A program made the translations under genes and the position numbers. A stretch of DNA of 64,000 nt from Botryllus schlosseri (taxonomy: Eukaryota). The DNA lies in contig CM119373.1 of the NCBI GenBank assembly GCA_051294905.1, positions 870,001 to 934,000 on the forward strand, in the 5' to 3' direction. Below, in pieces: positions 11,295 to 23,286 of this stretch. The notes under the pieces are model-generated. The model searched no databases. It saw only the letters and a program-made list of their open reading frames with translations, and was not told the DNA's origin. Numbering within the stretch: the stretch's first letter is position 1; each line of letters starts with the position of its first letter.

Positions 11295-13563
11295 CCGTCA
11301 ACCGGGGTGGCTTGATAATGGTTATCAAACTCACCCTGCATGTCAAAATTGATCAATGGTGTCCAAAATTCTGTGTATAGTTGATGTGTTTATGTTAGTA
11401 GATATGTATTTTATGTTGTAGATATGTATTTTATGTTGTCTTTGTAGATACTGATAAAGTTACTTAGAATTACTGTATGCCACGATTCTAAAAACGGAAT
11501 CCGGGTCGAGGGGTATCAAACTGCGTGTACTCAGGTAGACCTAGAATATGCTGTGCGCCAGGTGCGGATTGGAAGTTTGTCCATTCTTGCTGCATCGAAG
11601 CGGTTCAAAATACCATATGGAACGATTTGGAATAAGACACGTCCAACAGTTAAGCATACAGGAAGACCAGGTTGACATTAGAGAATCATCGTTATCGGCT
11701 GCCAAAGAGACTGCAGTCATAAAAGTCATCAACCACCTGACTAATTGGAAATTTCTACTATCTTCCTGTGATATCCATTACATTGACTATCTGAACCGAC
11801 AAAAAAAGACCATAAAAATCTTCCGTGAAAACCTGCCTGGTTGAGACTGGCGAAACAATTTTAAGGAGCGTCATCATCTTACACAACGGCTTGCTGACAA
11901 TGTGAAGCCAGGCCGTGCTGAAATTAGCTCTACTGGAGTGAAACAGTATTTCAAATACATCTATGAGAAGCTGCATGGGGTAGAGCCCCCCAGAACGTCT
12001 ACAATTATGATGAAACTAACGTAACAGACCATCCAGGGGGTTAAACAGTGCATTGTGAGAAGAGGACTTCGAAGAGTGGAAAGAAAGACATCACACTCTA
12101 AACCAGCCGTGAGCGTGATGTTTTGCGGAAACGCAGTGGGAGAGTATCTCCCTCCAATGGTTGTCTACAAATCAAAAAAACTCTATACTGAATGGACGAA
12201 AGGTGGCCCACCTGGTACATTATACAATCACTCACCTAGTAGTTGGTTTGATTCCCCTACGTTCGAGGAGTGGTTGAAGTTGTTTTTAGACCATGTAAAG
12301 GAGAAGCCTTGAAGAAAGTGCTCATTGGGGATAATTTGGTATTACATTTCAGTGCACAGGTAATAGCTGATTGAGCTGATTGTGAAGAAATATCAAGTTC
12401 ATCAGTTTAATACCAAATGCACCTCATCTCCATCAACCATTGGATGTTGCCGTATTTGGACCAGTGAAGAAGATGTGGAAAAGGATACTGGAGGACTGGA
12501 GAAAAGAGAGCAGAGTGAGGGGCAGCATACCAAAGACCACATTCCCCTTGCTTTTGAAAAGACTTTGTAATCAAATGGAGGAGAAAAAGGTAAACCTTGC
12601 AGCTGGATTCATCAAGGCTTGCGGTCTAGTACCTCAGGATGAGCAGCAGGTGCTCAAGCGTGTGCCTGCTGCAAACGAAAATTCAACGGAGACAGTCCAA
12701 GAGGCAGGGTAATTGAAGTACTATTGAGTTCTGAGGAAGATGAAGAAAGCCGTGACAGTGAGGGCGAAGTCTGTCAAATCTGTGATAAATTCGACTGTGG
12801 GAGGTCGAGGAGTATCAGTTGTGGGAACAGTGTGACAACTGTGACAATTGGTTCCACGAACTCTGCCTTGCGAGAGAAGGGACAGGCAGTGCAACTGCAA
12901 GCTCCAAGTGTCAGAAGTAGACAGACTATCGTAATAGCGACAGATTGAAATAGAGAGGTATTCAACACAACAAGTTTAGAAGCAGCGGACGTTCTAATAG
13001 TGTGGAATTCAAAATAGCAAGTTAGGGTTCGGTTTAGCTTGTGTTGGGGTTCAGGTTAGTTCAGACCTGAGCAGACCAAATGCATTTACTTGGAATTTAG
13101 ATGGTGACAACTGATTCCATGAACTCTGTCTTGAGAGAAAAGGGACAACCAGTGCAACCGCAAATTGCAAGTGCTACAAATATGATGGTGTCTGAACATC
13201 TCAGAAAACTTTGTATTGGTGGAATAATTTGTGCTGATGATTGTAGATTTGTGTCTACTGTTTTTCTTCAAATGGTGGTCTCTGGACATCTCAGAACACT
13301 TTGAATTGGTGGAATAAATTGTGTTGGTGATTGTAGATTTGTAAACAATTGGCTATCAAAGGGGCCCGGCGCCGGGGTGACTTTAATAATTGTTTAACCT
13401 GTTAAAGAAGTATGAAGACGAAACCTGATAAAAGTGTTTTGGTATATTAATAGCCGGGACCCACATTGTTCCTAGTTCAAAGAACCAAGGATGAGAAACC
13501 TCTTTAACCTACTCGAAATGTATCAAAAGTGCCTAAAACCATCAAAGTCACCCCGATTGACGG
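11295..13563 (+). mobile_element. pogo/Tigger-type (Tc1/mariner superfamily) element
   Basis: TIRs ccgtcaaccggggtggcttgat and atcaaagtcaccccgattgacgg, each flanked by TA. Confidence 0.92.
11478..12930 (+). pseudogene. pogo DDE_1 transposase pseudogene with C-terminal PHD-like finger
   Basis: YNYDETN; VSVMFCGNAVGEYLPPMVVYK...GGPPGTLYNHSPSSWFD; QPLDVAVFGPVKKMW; Cys-rich tail CQIC...QCDNCDNWFHELC. Frameshifted. Confidence 0.9.
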
Positions 13564-13849
13564 TAGGTAATAGTTTCGTGCTCTTCTCAGTCCTACAAAA
13601 ACTAGATATAATATTATCAATTGTAGTTGCAGCTCAAGATCACGTGAGACGTCACATCCTGGTAGGTGGGTACTAGCCTAGAACATAGAAGGACAAGAAG
13701 TGCGAAGTCATCGTGTCGTCATTTCATTGTTATGTAGGGCGTCCGCCATTTTGGTCTCAAAAGCCTTTGGTTTGTCTATAGACGCGCTCGCCAGTTCTAT
13801 ATTGAAATTGACTATTTGGATGATTTCGCTCTTTATTTGTGCTCTAATT

Positions 13850-14620
13850 TATCAATACTAGGAACCACTTATTGTAAAACTCGCAGAAAATGTTATTTGT
13901 CTCTGCATCCTTGACAACAGCACCGCAAGCGTGCATTGCTCGTAGAGCAGAAGCGGGGACATGACTGAGTACCTGAAATATTGATGATATGGTATATTCA
14001 AAACCAACAGATGCATAGGCCTGTGGCAATATCATGACGAATATTGATATCTCACTTGAGCAGCGGTGCAAAATATCATATTATCAAGTTTTGTTGGTTT
14101 AACGTGTTTTCGAGTGGGTATTGGTCCCACTTTCAGTTCCTTACCCTCCTGGTAGTTGACTAATTCCTCGACTCACGATGAAGAAACCTAAATTGCGGAG
14201 ATGATGATTGTGATGGTTTAAAAAAGGATTAATATGATTCCGACCATACACTTGTGGAAGTTGATGGGACATCCGGTATTTTAATGCATTTTTAGGCGAC
14301 TAAACTCTCATTGGATAAGATGAGGGACATCAGTCACGAAACATACCTTCGCACCATCAAGATGCGGATGATCAACCAATAACAGTACTTGATTTCTGGT
14401 TGGATAAAACGTTCGCAGTTAGTTGAACTCACAAAGGCGATCTATACCAATCGTCACCAGACATTCCCGTTCTGATGTTGGCAGATCGCCACATTGCTTG
14501 AGTTAATGGCCCCATATTGCTTACGACAGCAGCGACGACCATTCCTCGTCGACCCAACTCTTTGATCAATGTTTCGTCACTTCCCACAATTGAACGCAAG
14601 ATACCGAATTCCATGTAAAA
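13850..14620 (-). pseudogene. P-element/THAP9-like transposase remnant
   Basis: LIKELGRRGMVVAAVVSNMGPLTQAMWR and DVPHLI (reverse of ~14314-14331) match P-transposase RNase H motifs. Confidence 0.75.
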
Positions 14621-15369
14621 TAATACGCTGTTAAATTCAATATGAATTTTCCCTCAAGATGTGTATTTTCTATAATATGAGTATCATAGATACTTCACCT
14701 ATTACTTGCTTTACTTGCTTCCACTTTGTGGCAAGTCCATTCAGCATGAATTACAAAGCGCGTGATGCGAATTTTCGTTCGCCCGACCTGAACTCATGGC
14801 TGCCGAACCCCATGAACGATTTTAATCCGGGGTCAAATTCCACGTTGTGGGACTGCAGCATTTCATCCAGAGCTAAAATGCAGTTCCTGTCCCAGTCTGT
14901 CTCTGTCTGTCAGTCAGTCTGTCTAGTTTTTTGGCAATCCAGTCTTCAGTCAGCCTGACTAGTTTTTTGGCAATCCAATCCAAGACTATGTATGTACTGG
15001 ATTCCAGCAGCAAACTTCAGTGATACTATCCAATCACACATCGTGCGATAAGACGAAAGAGGATAGGAGGATTTTCTCAAGCAGGCCTATTCATATCTGA
15101 AGATCATTTATACTGTTGGAGTAAATAGCTCCTGTAGTTATCTCACCAAGTTTTCTAGATGAAACCTGATTTTCAATGCTGACATAATTGTGTCATCGCT
15201 CTATTTGCATCCATAGGCCTGCCCTTATCTTTTCAAAACTTTAATTTGACCCTCGTTAAGAAACCTTCCTATCCCCTTCTCCATCCGTTCCATCTTACAT
15301 ATTATGTTTATGCTTGCATATATATACCGGTGCAAAGTCTACGATGCTGAACGTTGATGATTGCTTTAA

Positions 15370-17435
15370 TATAGAGAGTGGGTCCGCCCATTTTTCAAGA
15401 CCGAATTCGATTTGGTGAACAGAATCTAGTTGAAGACCTGTTCCATGACTCGGAAATGTTTCACAAATACTTTCGCATGGACGACTCGACCTTTCGTGAG
15501 CTTCTTACTAAAGTACCCCCATACACAGGGCTGCCATACCGTCCTTATTTCTAAGATTTGCCCTTATTTTGAAGGGTCACGTCTTAGAAAACTCAACTGT
15601 CCCTATTTCTAAGAAATGTCCTTATTTTCGACTTGCGTCCTTATTTTGTCTTATTTTCAACCACTACAGAACTTCGATCGTTTTCCTCTAGTATCTGTGT
15701 TGCATAATATTCTCAAATTATGCTTTTGCGTAGAGATATTATGACATCATAAATGAAAGGAACTCTCGTGACGTGCACACCACACGATTTGTCTGCTAAG
15801 TGGTGAAATAGTTAGGGCAGTGAGTGGTAGTATTGCAGTTCGTCTGTACCAAGCTACCGCAGCGGACGTCATTTATGCAGTAAACAGCAGTACCATGTTC
15901 CTGCTGTGTTTGGTCTACAGAAGAATAAGCTCAAGCTGTGGGGAAGGCAGCATTTATTGCGTAGTGAAAAAAGGCGCAGTGCAGTCGACACATTGGTTAA
16001 AAAGTAGTAAAGCTATAATTCATAGATAAATTTATCAAAATTATATTGCACTTGCGCATCTATCGAAGCTTAAAGGGCGAGTGTTTCGCACATTGCAATA
16101 TCTGCAATTGTGACATTAACCTGGAGGCCATATGAAAGACTGCTATTTCAACTCACATTGATACCCGAAAACACAATAAGTGTGTCATAATGATTAATTT
16201 GAGCCAGTCGATGAATAATTTTTCCACAAGTCTATCAACACCAACGACCACAGACTACAAAGGCAGTTGCTGCTGAGGGTACCTGAGCATTCCATACTGT
16301 CAAATACCAGCAATCATTCATCACCAACGATTGCACATCGCAATTTGTTTAATGCAATATTCCCCGATTCAAACATCGCAAATAAGTTTTCTTCGGCCAG
16401 GACCAAGACTACAAGCATTGTTACTGGAGTTCTTGCTCCATTCACTCAAAAAATGATTTTGTCTAAACTTGGTGTAAGACCTTTTTCCATCACACCTTTT
16501 TCCATCTTGGGTGAAGAAGTTTGGTTTATCACCCTATGGGGAGGCCCAAGACCAACGTTGTTTTTTCTGGGGGGGGGGCGACAAAGTGCTGTTTCGACCC
16601 TGAGTATAGGTAAACGTAGACCTGAGATGTCGTGAGATCCATGAACCACTTTCTAATAACAAGGAGTTTCTGGAGTAGATTCTGGCGAAAAGTATGGAAT
16701 TGTGACATGCCGCGGCTCGTATAAATACAAAGTATGTATAAAAACGCCTTTTCGTGCTAATTTAATTCCTCGACTGTCCTTATTTTTGGGTCCATGTCGA
16801 TGGCAACCCTGCCCATACATAACAAAGCAAGATACGAACTGGCGGCCAGCAATTTGTCTAGCTTATCGACTTGCCATTACATTACGGTGAGCAAATGATC
16901 GTTCATTTATTATCGATTTCACATAATTGAATTTTGCAATAGGTTCTTGGCGACGGGTGATTCTCAGATCACTATTGGCTTGCGTTATCGTGTTAGGCAT
17001 TCGACAGTGAGCCTGATCATCAAAGAGACCTGCGAAGCACTGTGGAAGGTACTGTCACCCGAAGTATTGAAACCTCCAGCCACATCTGAAGAATGGCGAG
17101 AAATCTCTCGGGATTTCAATAAATTTTGGAGCTTTCGGAGCAATCGACGGTTAGCATATGGATATTGAAGCCCCCAGTTCGAGTGGTTCGGAGTACTTCA
17201 ATTATAAGGGAACCTACAGTATTGTGTTATTGGCAGTTTGCGATGCTCGTTATTGCTTTATATTAATCAATATTGGCGACACAGGCAGACACACTGATGG
17301 TGGAATATTTGCTGACAGTGAATGTGGCTGAAGATTCATTTCCAGCGGTTTGAATATGCCTGAATCTGGTTATTTACCAGGTACAGATTCGCAAGTCCCA
17401 TACTGTATTGTCGGAGACGCTGCCTTTCCTCTGTA
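15370..17435 (+). pseudogene. Harbinger (HARBI1-like) transposase pseudogene interrupted by a hAT
   Basis: FHKYFRMDDSTF; ITKQDTNWR...RLAITLR; intron 16887-16942 (GT-AG); FLATGDS; GAIDG; YFNYKGTYSIVLLAVCDA; VGDAAFPL. Confidence 0.9.
15526..16811 (+). mobile_element. Deleted hAT (Tip100-like) element with transposase remnant
   Basis: Ends cagggctgccat/atggcaaccctg; 8-bp TSD cccataca at 15518-15525 and 16812-16819; ccttattt repeats; peptide IFPDSNIANKFSSARTKTTSIV. Confidence 0.92.
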
Positions 17436-17457
17436 GACCATAGTATACCTCGCGACG

Positions 17458-17683
17458 ACATGTTTCTTCATCACGAAATGTAATGACTCGAGTCACGATT
17501 CTCCGATGACTCGACTTGACTCGAGTCATTTTCTCAAAATACGGAAATGACTCGACTCGAGTCAATCTGTGTATTGACTCGACTTGGACTTGAGTCATTG
17601 CGCATGACTCGAGACTCAGACAGACATTTCATTGTGATTTCGAAGAATGTGTGTGTGTGAAACATGTTTCTTCATCACAAAAT
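17458..17683. repeat. TGACTCGAGTC-rich repeat bracketed by a direct repeat
   Basis: Multiple gactcgagtc/gactcgact motifs at 17484-17620; acatgtttcttcatcac at 17458 and 17662. Confidence 0.75.
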
Positions 17684-18302
17684 TATGCTATCCATCTATA
17701 TTCTACAAGAAATGTAAAAATATTTGTATGATGCTTATGTAAAAATATTTGTATGATGCTGTACACGGTACACAGGTAAAAATGACACCCGCTTATTCCG
17801 ATCTTCTATATTTCAACTAAATAGGCATAGTAGACATCTAGATATAGGTCGTACGTGCCACTTTGGCCCCATAAAACTGCAGATAATAGCTCTTTCCAAA
17901 TTCACCTTGAGAAACGCAACTATAGGGCACGCTGCACAGGTGCACATACTACGATGCAGTAGTCATTTCCCGCGCGAGCCGAACCCGCATATTCCCAAAA
18001 TAAGAATATGATTGACAGGCGAAGCGGGTCCGGATGCGTTCAGATCCAAATTTTTGGGAACCGAAGTTTTGGAAATTATGTCGACCAGACCAGCCTCGGG
18101 ATTCTCGACTGCGTTCACATTGCTGGCATTCTGAGGATTATTCTGGGAAATTGTGTTCTGAAAATTAGGTATGAACGCACCCTTATGTTGTTCCGTGCAG
18201 CGACACCGCGTGTAAGGCTGCGACTTTCATTTTCTGCAGTCATTTGCTACTTGGATCTGTGCGTATTCTGCTAACTATTGGACACCGGAATATCTACTTT
18301 AG

Positions 18303-18962
18303 GATTGGAAATAACGATAAAAAAGGAAATAACGATAAAAAACAAGCTATAAAGAAAACTGTATGACTCGAAAGTAAAAAGGAAATGATGCTGTCATACT
18401 CTGCCCTCATGCAAAAGACCTACATTTGCTGCTTAGGTATACATGAAAGTCATGTCAAACAATTGCTGAAGACGATTATTCCTGGAGCTACCGACTGGGG
18501 AGTTTCTAGGTATAAGAGTGTATTGATAACCGATGATGACCTGAATCTAATTAAATATATATGCAATGCTGTATTGAAGTGGGCTGTCAAAAAGTTTCCG
18601 GTTGAATGGAGAGATTGGTGTAAAAACCAAGTATCTAAGAACCCTCTACCATTAGAATTCGAACCCAAAACCAGAGGAGGACTGATATGCCCAAATGAAA
18701 GATTTGTTACTAATGGAAGAATTTGAAATTTATTTTCAAAAGCAAAAAAACTCAGTTTATTGACATGAGAAGCATTCTCGGAAATGTCAATATTCCATTA
18801 CATCATTCACATTGTGACCAGACCCACGAGAAACTCCTCATTTCTAAATATGTGAGAACAAGAACTCATACATACTGCCGGGCTGCGACGAGAAATTATC
18901 ATGAACAATAGAAATATAAATCTAGAAGTTCCAAAGCACTGCGAGATCATATCCGAGTTTGA
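18303..18962 (+). pseudogene. Stand-alone gene resembling the P-transposase C-terminal region (RGGL motif)
   Basis: ITDDDLNLIKYICNAVLKWAV...LPLEFEPKTRGGLICPN, ending SSKALRDHIRV*. Homologous to 44188-45078. Confidence 0.7.
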
Positions 18963-19009
18963 ATATGGTCAACATTATCGAAACAGGTTCTGACATATCA
19001 TAAACACAT

Positions 19010-19195
19010 GCTACTTATTTCCTTTGCATATACTTGCGTTTCCATTTTATATTGCTTACTGATATTTTCTTTAAGTGTGCACCGTTTCTGCGCGGCAGTC
19101 TGAATCTTGCGCTGCCGATTATAGGCGCAAAGCCTGTCTAATGGGGTTATCTGCGGATGCTAATCGTTGTAATTCGTACACATATTCCATGACTT
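19010..19195 (-). pseudogene. C-terminal remnant of a P-like transposase, continuing at ~23001-23060 across the piggyBac
   Basis: Reverse strand reads QRLASADNP...AYNRQRKIQ...SNIKWKRK. Joined across the TTAA site it reads IEHVIALLSHGICVRIT. Confidence 0.55.
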
Positions 19196-19198
19196 CAA

Positions 19199-22100
19199 CT
19201 CTTTCGACGCCGAGCTGAAATCGACGATTGTGTTCAAAACGCCGCTATTTTACAAAAATTCACGATTTTCAATGAGTCACAACTTTTTTCCGCTGGTGCT
19301 ATGGTTTTGTATCCAAGTCCGTATTGTAGCCAGTAACAAGATCTAGCTTTAGAGCCATAACATGCTTGACTACACCAGAAGATGTTATCTGGGTTTACTC
19401 TGGTACGGACGAACCACGTTTTGCGACTTTTGCGAGCGGAGCTGCCGGAGTTTCGTACTTCGTCGATTGATTTTCGTTACTAATATGTATTCAAGTGCAG
19501 TGAAACTTTGTATTTATACTTATACTATCAAATATAAACAATTGAACATATTATGTTTCTATTAGTAAGTACTAAGCTCTTACTAGTCTGTATTATGCAA
19601 CATTATGTAGCAGTAAATTGCGATATTCCGTGAGTCTTGGCTACAAATCTGCCAATATCGAGCAATTTTGTATATTATGACGTTATAATACGCGGATAAG
19701 CTGAATGGGTCTAATAAGGCTAAGGTTAGGCTACTGAATTGATTAGGCTTATGAAATTGTACCGGTATACTATATTCAGTTGTATGTCAAACTTGACTCG
19801 GGGATCTTATACATATTATATTTCATATTATATGTCTGCGATATCATGCAACCAAGGTTTTGAACAGAATGTGACTATTTCAATTCTGTGAATCATGAGG
19901 CGCTCGAACAAATCCTACGGCATGGATGCGACTGTGATTGAACATATTTCTATGAACTATTCCAGGTTCCAGCTAAGACATGAAAGATGAATAGTACGAT
20001 CTTCTCGATTGGAATTGCCATCGCCACAACCAAGACAGTTTGACCACTGCAATGTGATTACGACAACGGATTTGTAGGAAATTTCACACTGCCAGAGTAA
20101 AGAGCATTTATTGGCGAACGGCGCAGATCAGCAAACACAGAACATACAACAGGTAAACAATAACAAACGAGCAAAATTACTCTAAAGAACTACTAGCGTG
20201 AAGGGGCACTGCACTATAAATACGGATGTAGTCTCAAATTTAAGATGAAATTGTGAAAAGTATTTTGTCGCAGTCATTTTCTTGAAGAAGCCACCATAGC
20301 AAAACGGCAGCTAGAAAAGAATTACAACCATCCAAATGCACACTTTGTGCCAGCAATGCAATGGGTTAAGGTTAGGCTCAGGTGCCACAAAAATATATTA
20401 ATGCACAGGCAGCCAGGGTGCAATGGGATAGTTGTCGTTTTCTTCTAGCTGGTTTCCCTGATAAATTAATAATTGATAATAAAGAATGATAAAATGACGA
20501 ACCCTTGAGTAAATTAATAACTAGAATAATAAAATTAAATTTAGATTGAAACTTTATTCCCAGCAGGCCTCTGTGTGGTAAGCTTCAAAAAAAGGTGCTG
20601 CATGTAACCCGACTTTGCATATGGAGCAGTGAAACTTTGATTTTTTGTTTTGACAGGTTTCTGTTGTTCTGCGTCATCGTGGATTTCGGCCCTACGTTTT
20701 TCAATCTGATAGCAGACTGCACAGTTACGCTGTCCATGCGCTCTCGTTCATACTGGGGGATTCAGCGCCAGAAAATGTCTTCCAACCAATCCATCCTTGA
20801 TGACAGCTGGTATCGCAGAGCCATGGTGGCTGACCTGGTCATCAACAAGATGGTGTATAATCATTCGCACGTACAGCAGCATTGGCATGTGCTTTCGCGA
20901 TGCTATATTATACAACTTCTGCGAGTTGACCAATGCCAAGCTCATCAGGTGGAAGAAAAGTTTCTTCCACCACCTGACAGTCTTGCGCTCGAAGCTGTAG
21001 TATGACAGAAGTTGATCAGACTTATCAATTCCTGCCATGTTTGAATTATGGGAGTCAATCACTTGCGGTTTTTGTTTGTTTTTTGCCCCAGTTTCGGATC
21101 TTACTCTGACAGTGGTCATCCCATTATCATGAATGGTGGATAACATTAATACTTCTTTCTTGTAATTCCACTTCGGAGCAAGGACCTCCCGGCACGCATA
21201 GACTTTGTCTCCCCCATCGTAGTGATTGGCTCCTTCATTTCGACCGGTAATCCCCTGTGTTCGGAACGACACGTTCCAACGGCATGCGTCTGCACTGCCA
21301 GCAAGCTTTCGAAAAGGGGCAAGGTGGTATAGTACCTGTCCATATACAGAATTTGCCCCTTCTCATTGTAGTCGTCCATCATAAATAGAACCAAATCCTT
21401 CGTTTTTCCCGGCCCACAGTCCCCAGCAAGTTTTCCCACCTCCACTTGAAAATTCAAACAATATCCTGACCTCGATTCGCACAATTCAAATAATTTGATC
21501 CCCCACTTTTTCGGCTTCATTGGATTATAGGCTTTGAATGTCACACGACCCTTGAAAGGACATGTCCCTTCGTCTAAACTCAAATCTCTTTCAGGGGAGT
21601 AGTTATCCTGGAAATTAGTGTTCAGGTGATCGATGATGGGCCGCAGCTTGAACACTGGATCATATCCTTCGGCACCAAACGGTACTGCTTTGTCATTGTC
21701 GTTACAATGGAGTGCCGCTAATATTAGCCGAAAGCGATTTCTTGACATTGCAGTCGACCAAAATTCACACCTAAAAATTGCTTCGGATTTACACCAACAG
21801 TCATCCAATTTTGTTTTTTTGTCCAATCCCATCGCAAATATCAGGCCAATGAATTTTTCCATTTCTTTAGTTGATACTTCTTTCCAATTGTTCCGATACT
21901 TCTTTCCAATTGTTCCAAAACTTCTTTCTTTTTGTTTTTGCTATCATTTGAGTTGCGTGCCTGTTGCTTTCATATTTTATTAAATTAAAAAAACTTTCAT
22001 TCAAAACCTGGTCAAATATGTTTCTTGCCGTGGCAGTTATATCTGGGTCCAGTTTAGGGCCTGGTATGCCTAGGAATTGGAATGGAGGATTTGGTGTTGT

Positions 22101-22997
22101 CGACGTGTCCTCATCCCACGTCGTACAGACTGGTGTGGGGCAATCGGGCTGGGGACTTGTTGAAGGCCCCACGGATGTGCTGTTGGTGCTCAATATTCGC
22201 CTCTTGGTAGGTGGGGAGTTTGGGGACTCATGCCGTACCAAGGCCGACAAATTCACAGGCCTTGTACGGCGCGACGTAAATACGCTCTGCAGTTCCGAGT
22301 ACGGCGCGACGTAAATACGCTCTGCAGTTCCGAGTCCTCAGAGCCAGAGCTAAGAATGTCGCTCTCCTCGCCGTAATCATATTCGTAAAACGAATCCATA
22401 CTAGCTATCAAATTATCCGACGCCTAAACAGATCGAATATGTATAATGGTAAATCCGTGTATCGCTAATGGCCGTGCTGCCAAGGATCCGAAAGATTTGA
22501 CTAAGCATTTTATTTCGGAATATTCAACATTTTATAAAGGAATATTCAACATAAGACATAACCTATCATATGGTAAAGCAGCAACGCCTCGCTGTCTATA
22601 TGCCGGCTATTCATAACGAATTTATTATATATATATTGCCAGAAAATTCAACAAAACTCATATGTTATGATATATTCAAATGTCATTTCAATTAACAATT
22701 TATTAATTTATATGTACATACTAGATAATGTACAACATACCGAATAAATCTATGAAATCCGTATTCCGCGAGCCAAGATACATCAATTTACGTCTAACTT
22801 ACTGGTTACGTTAATTTTGGTTATAGCCTAAATTATTAGGCTTATGCAGGATTACTTGGCCCATTCACCAACTTTTCTATTGATTACCGCATAATGCCAC
22901 ATCTTGGATGAACGCGAAAATGACTTGTCAGATTTTCGAGACAAAACTAAGCTTTCTCGATTTAGCGAACATATGGGGATACGCGGCGTCGAAAGAG
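19199..22997 (-). mobile_element. piggyBac element
   Basis: 14-bp TIR ctctttcgacgccg/cggcgtcgaaagag; TTAA at 22998-23001 and TCAA (mutated TSD) at 19195-19198. Confidence 0.93.
20554..22399 (-). pseudogene. piggyBac (PGBD4-like) transposase, frameshifted
   Basis: MSRNRFRLILAALH; LSLDEG..PFKGR; YNPMKPKKWGIK; YMDRYYT; NMAGIDKSDQ; RWWKKLFF; Cys-rich tail HCSICKVGLH. An internal 35-bp tandem duplication lies at ~22264-22333. Confidence 0.95.
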
Positions 22998-23286
22998 TTA
23001 ATAACGCAATAACATGTTCAATTCGGATTCGAATGAAGATAGCTGACAAATAGTGCAGCAACAGCAACATACAACTTGATGAAGATAGCAGACACGTAGT
23101 GCAGCAACAGCAACGTACGAATTCACGAAGATAGCTGGTACTTTGCACAGCAACGGCAACATACGACCGACGAACGTATCGGATTACGATTAACGTAAGT
23201 AAGGAACCAAAGTAAGTTAACTAAGATTTACAATAAACTTTGCGTCAACGTATATAACCAACAAATGGTGGTTCGCAGACGATTTA

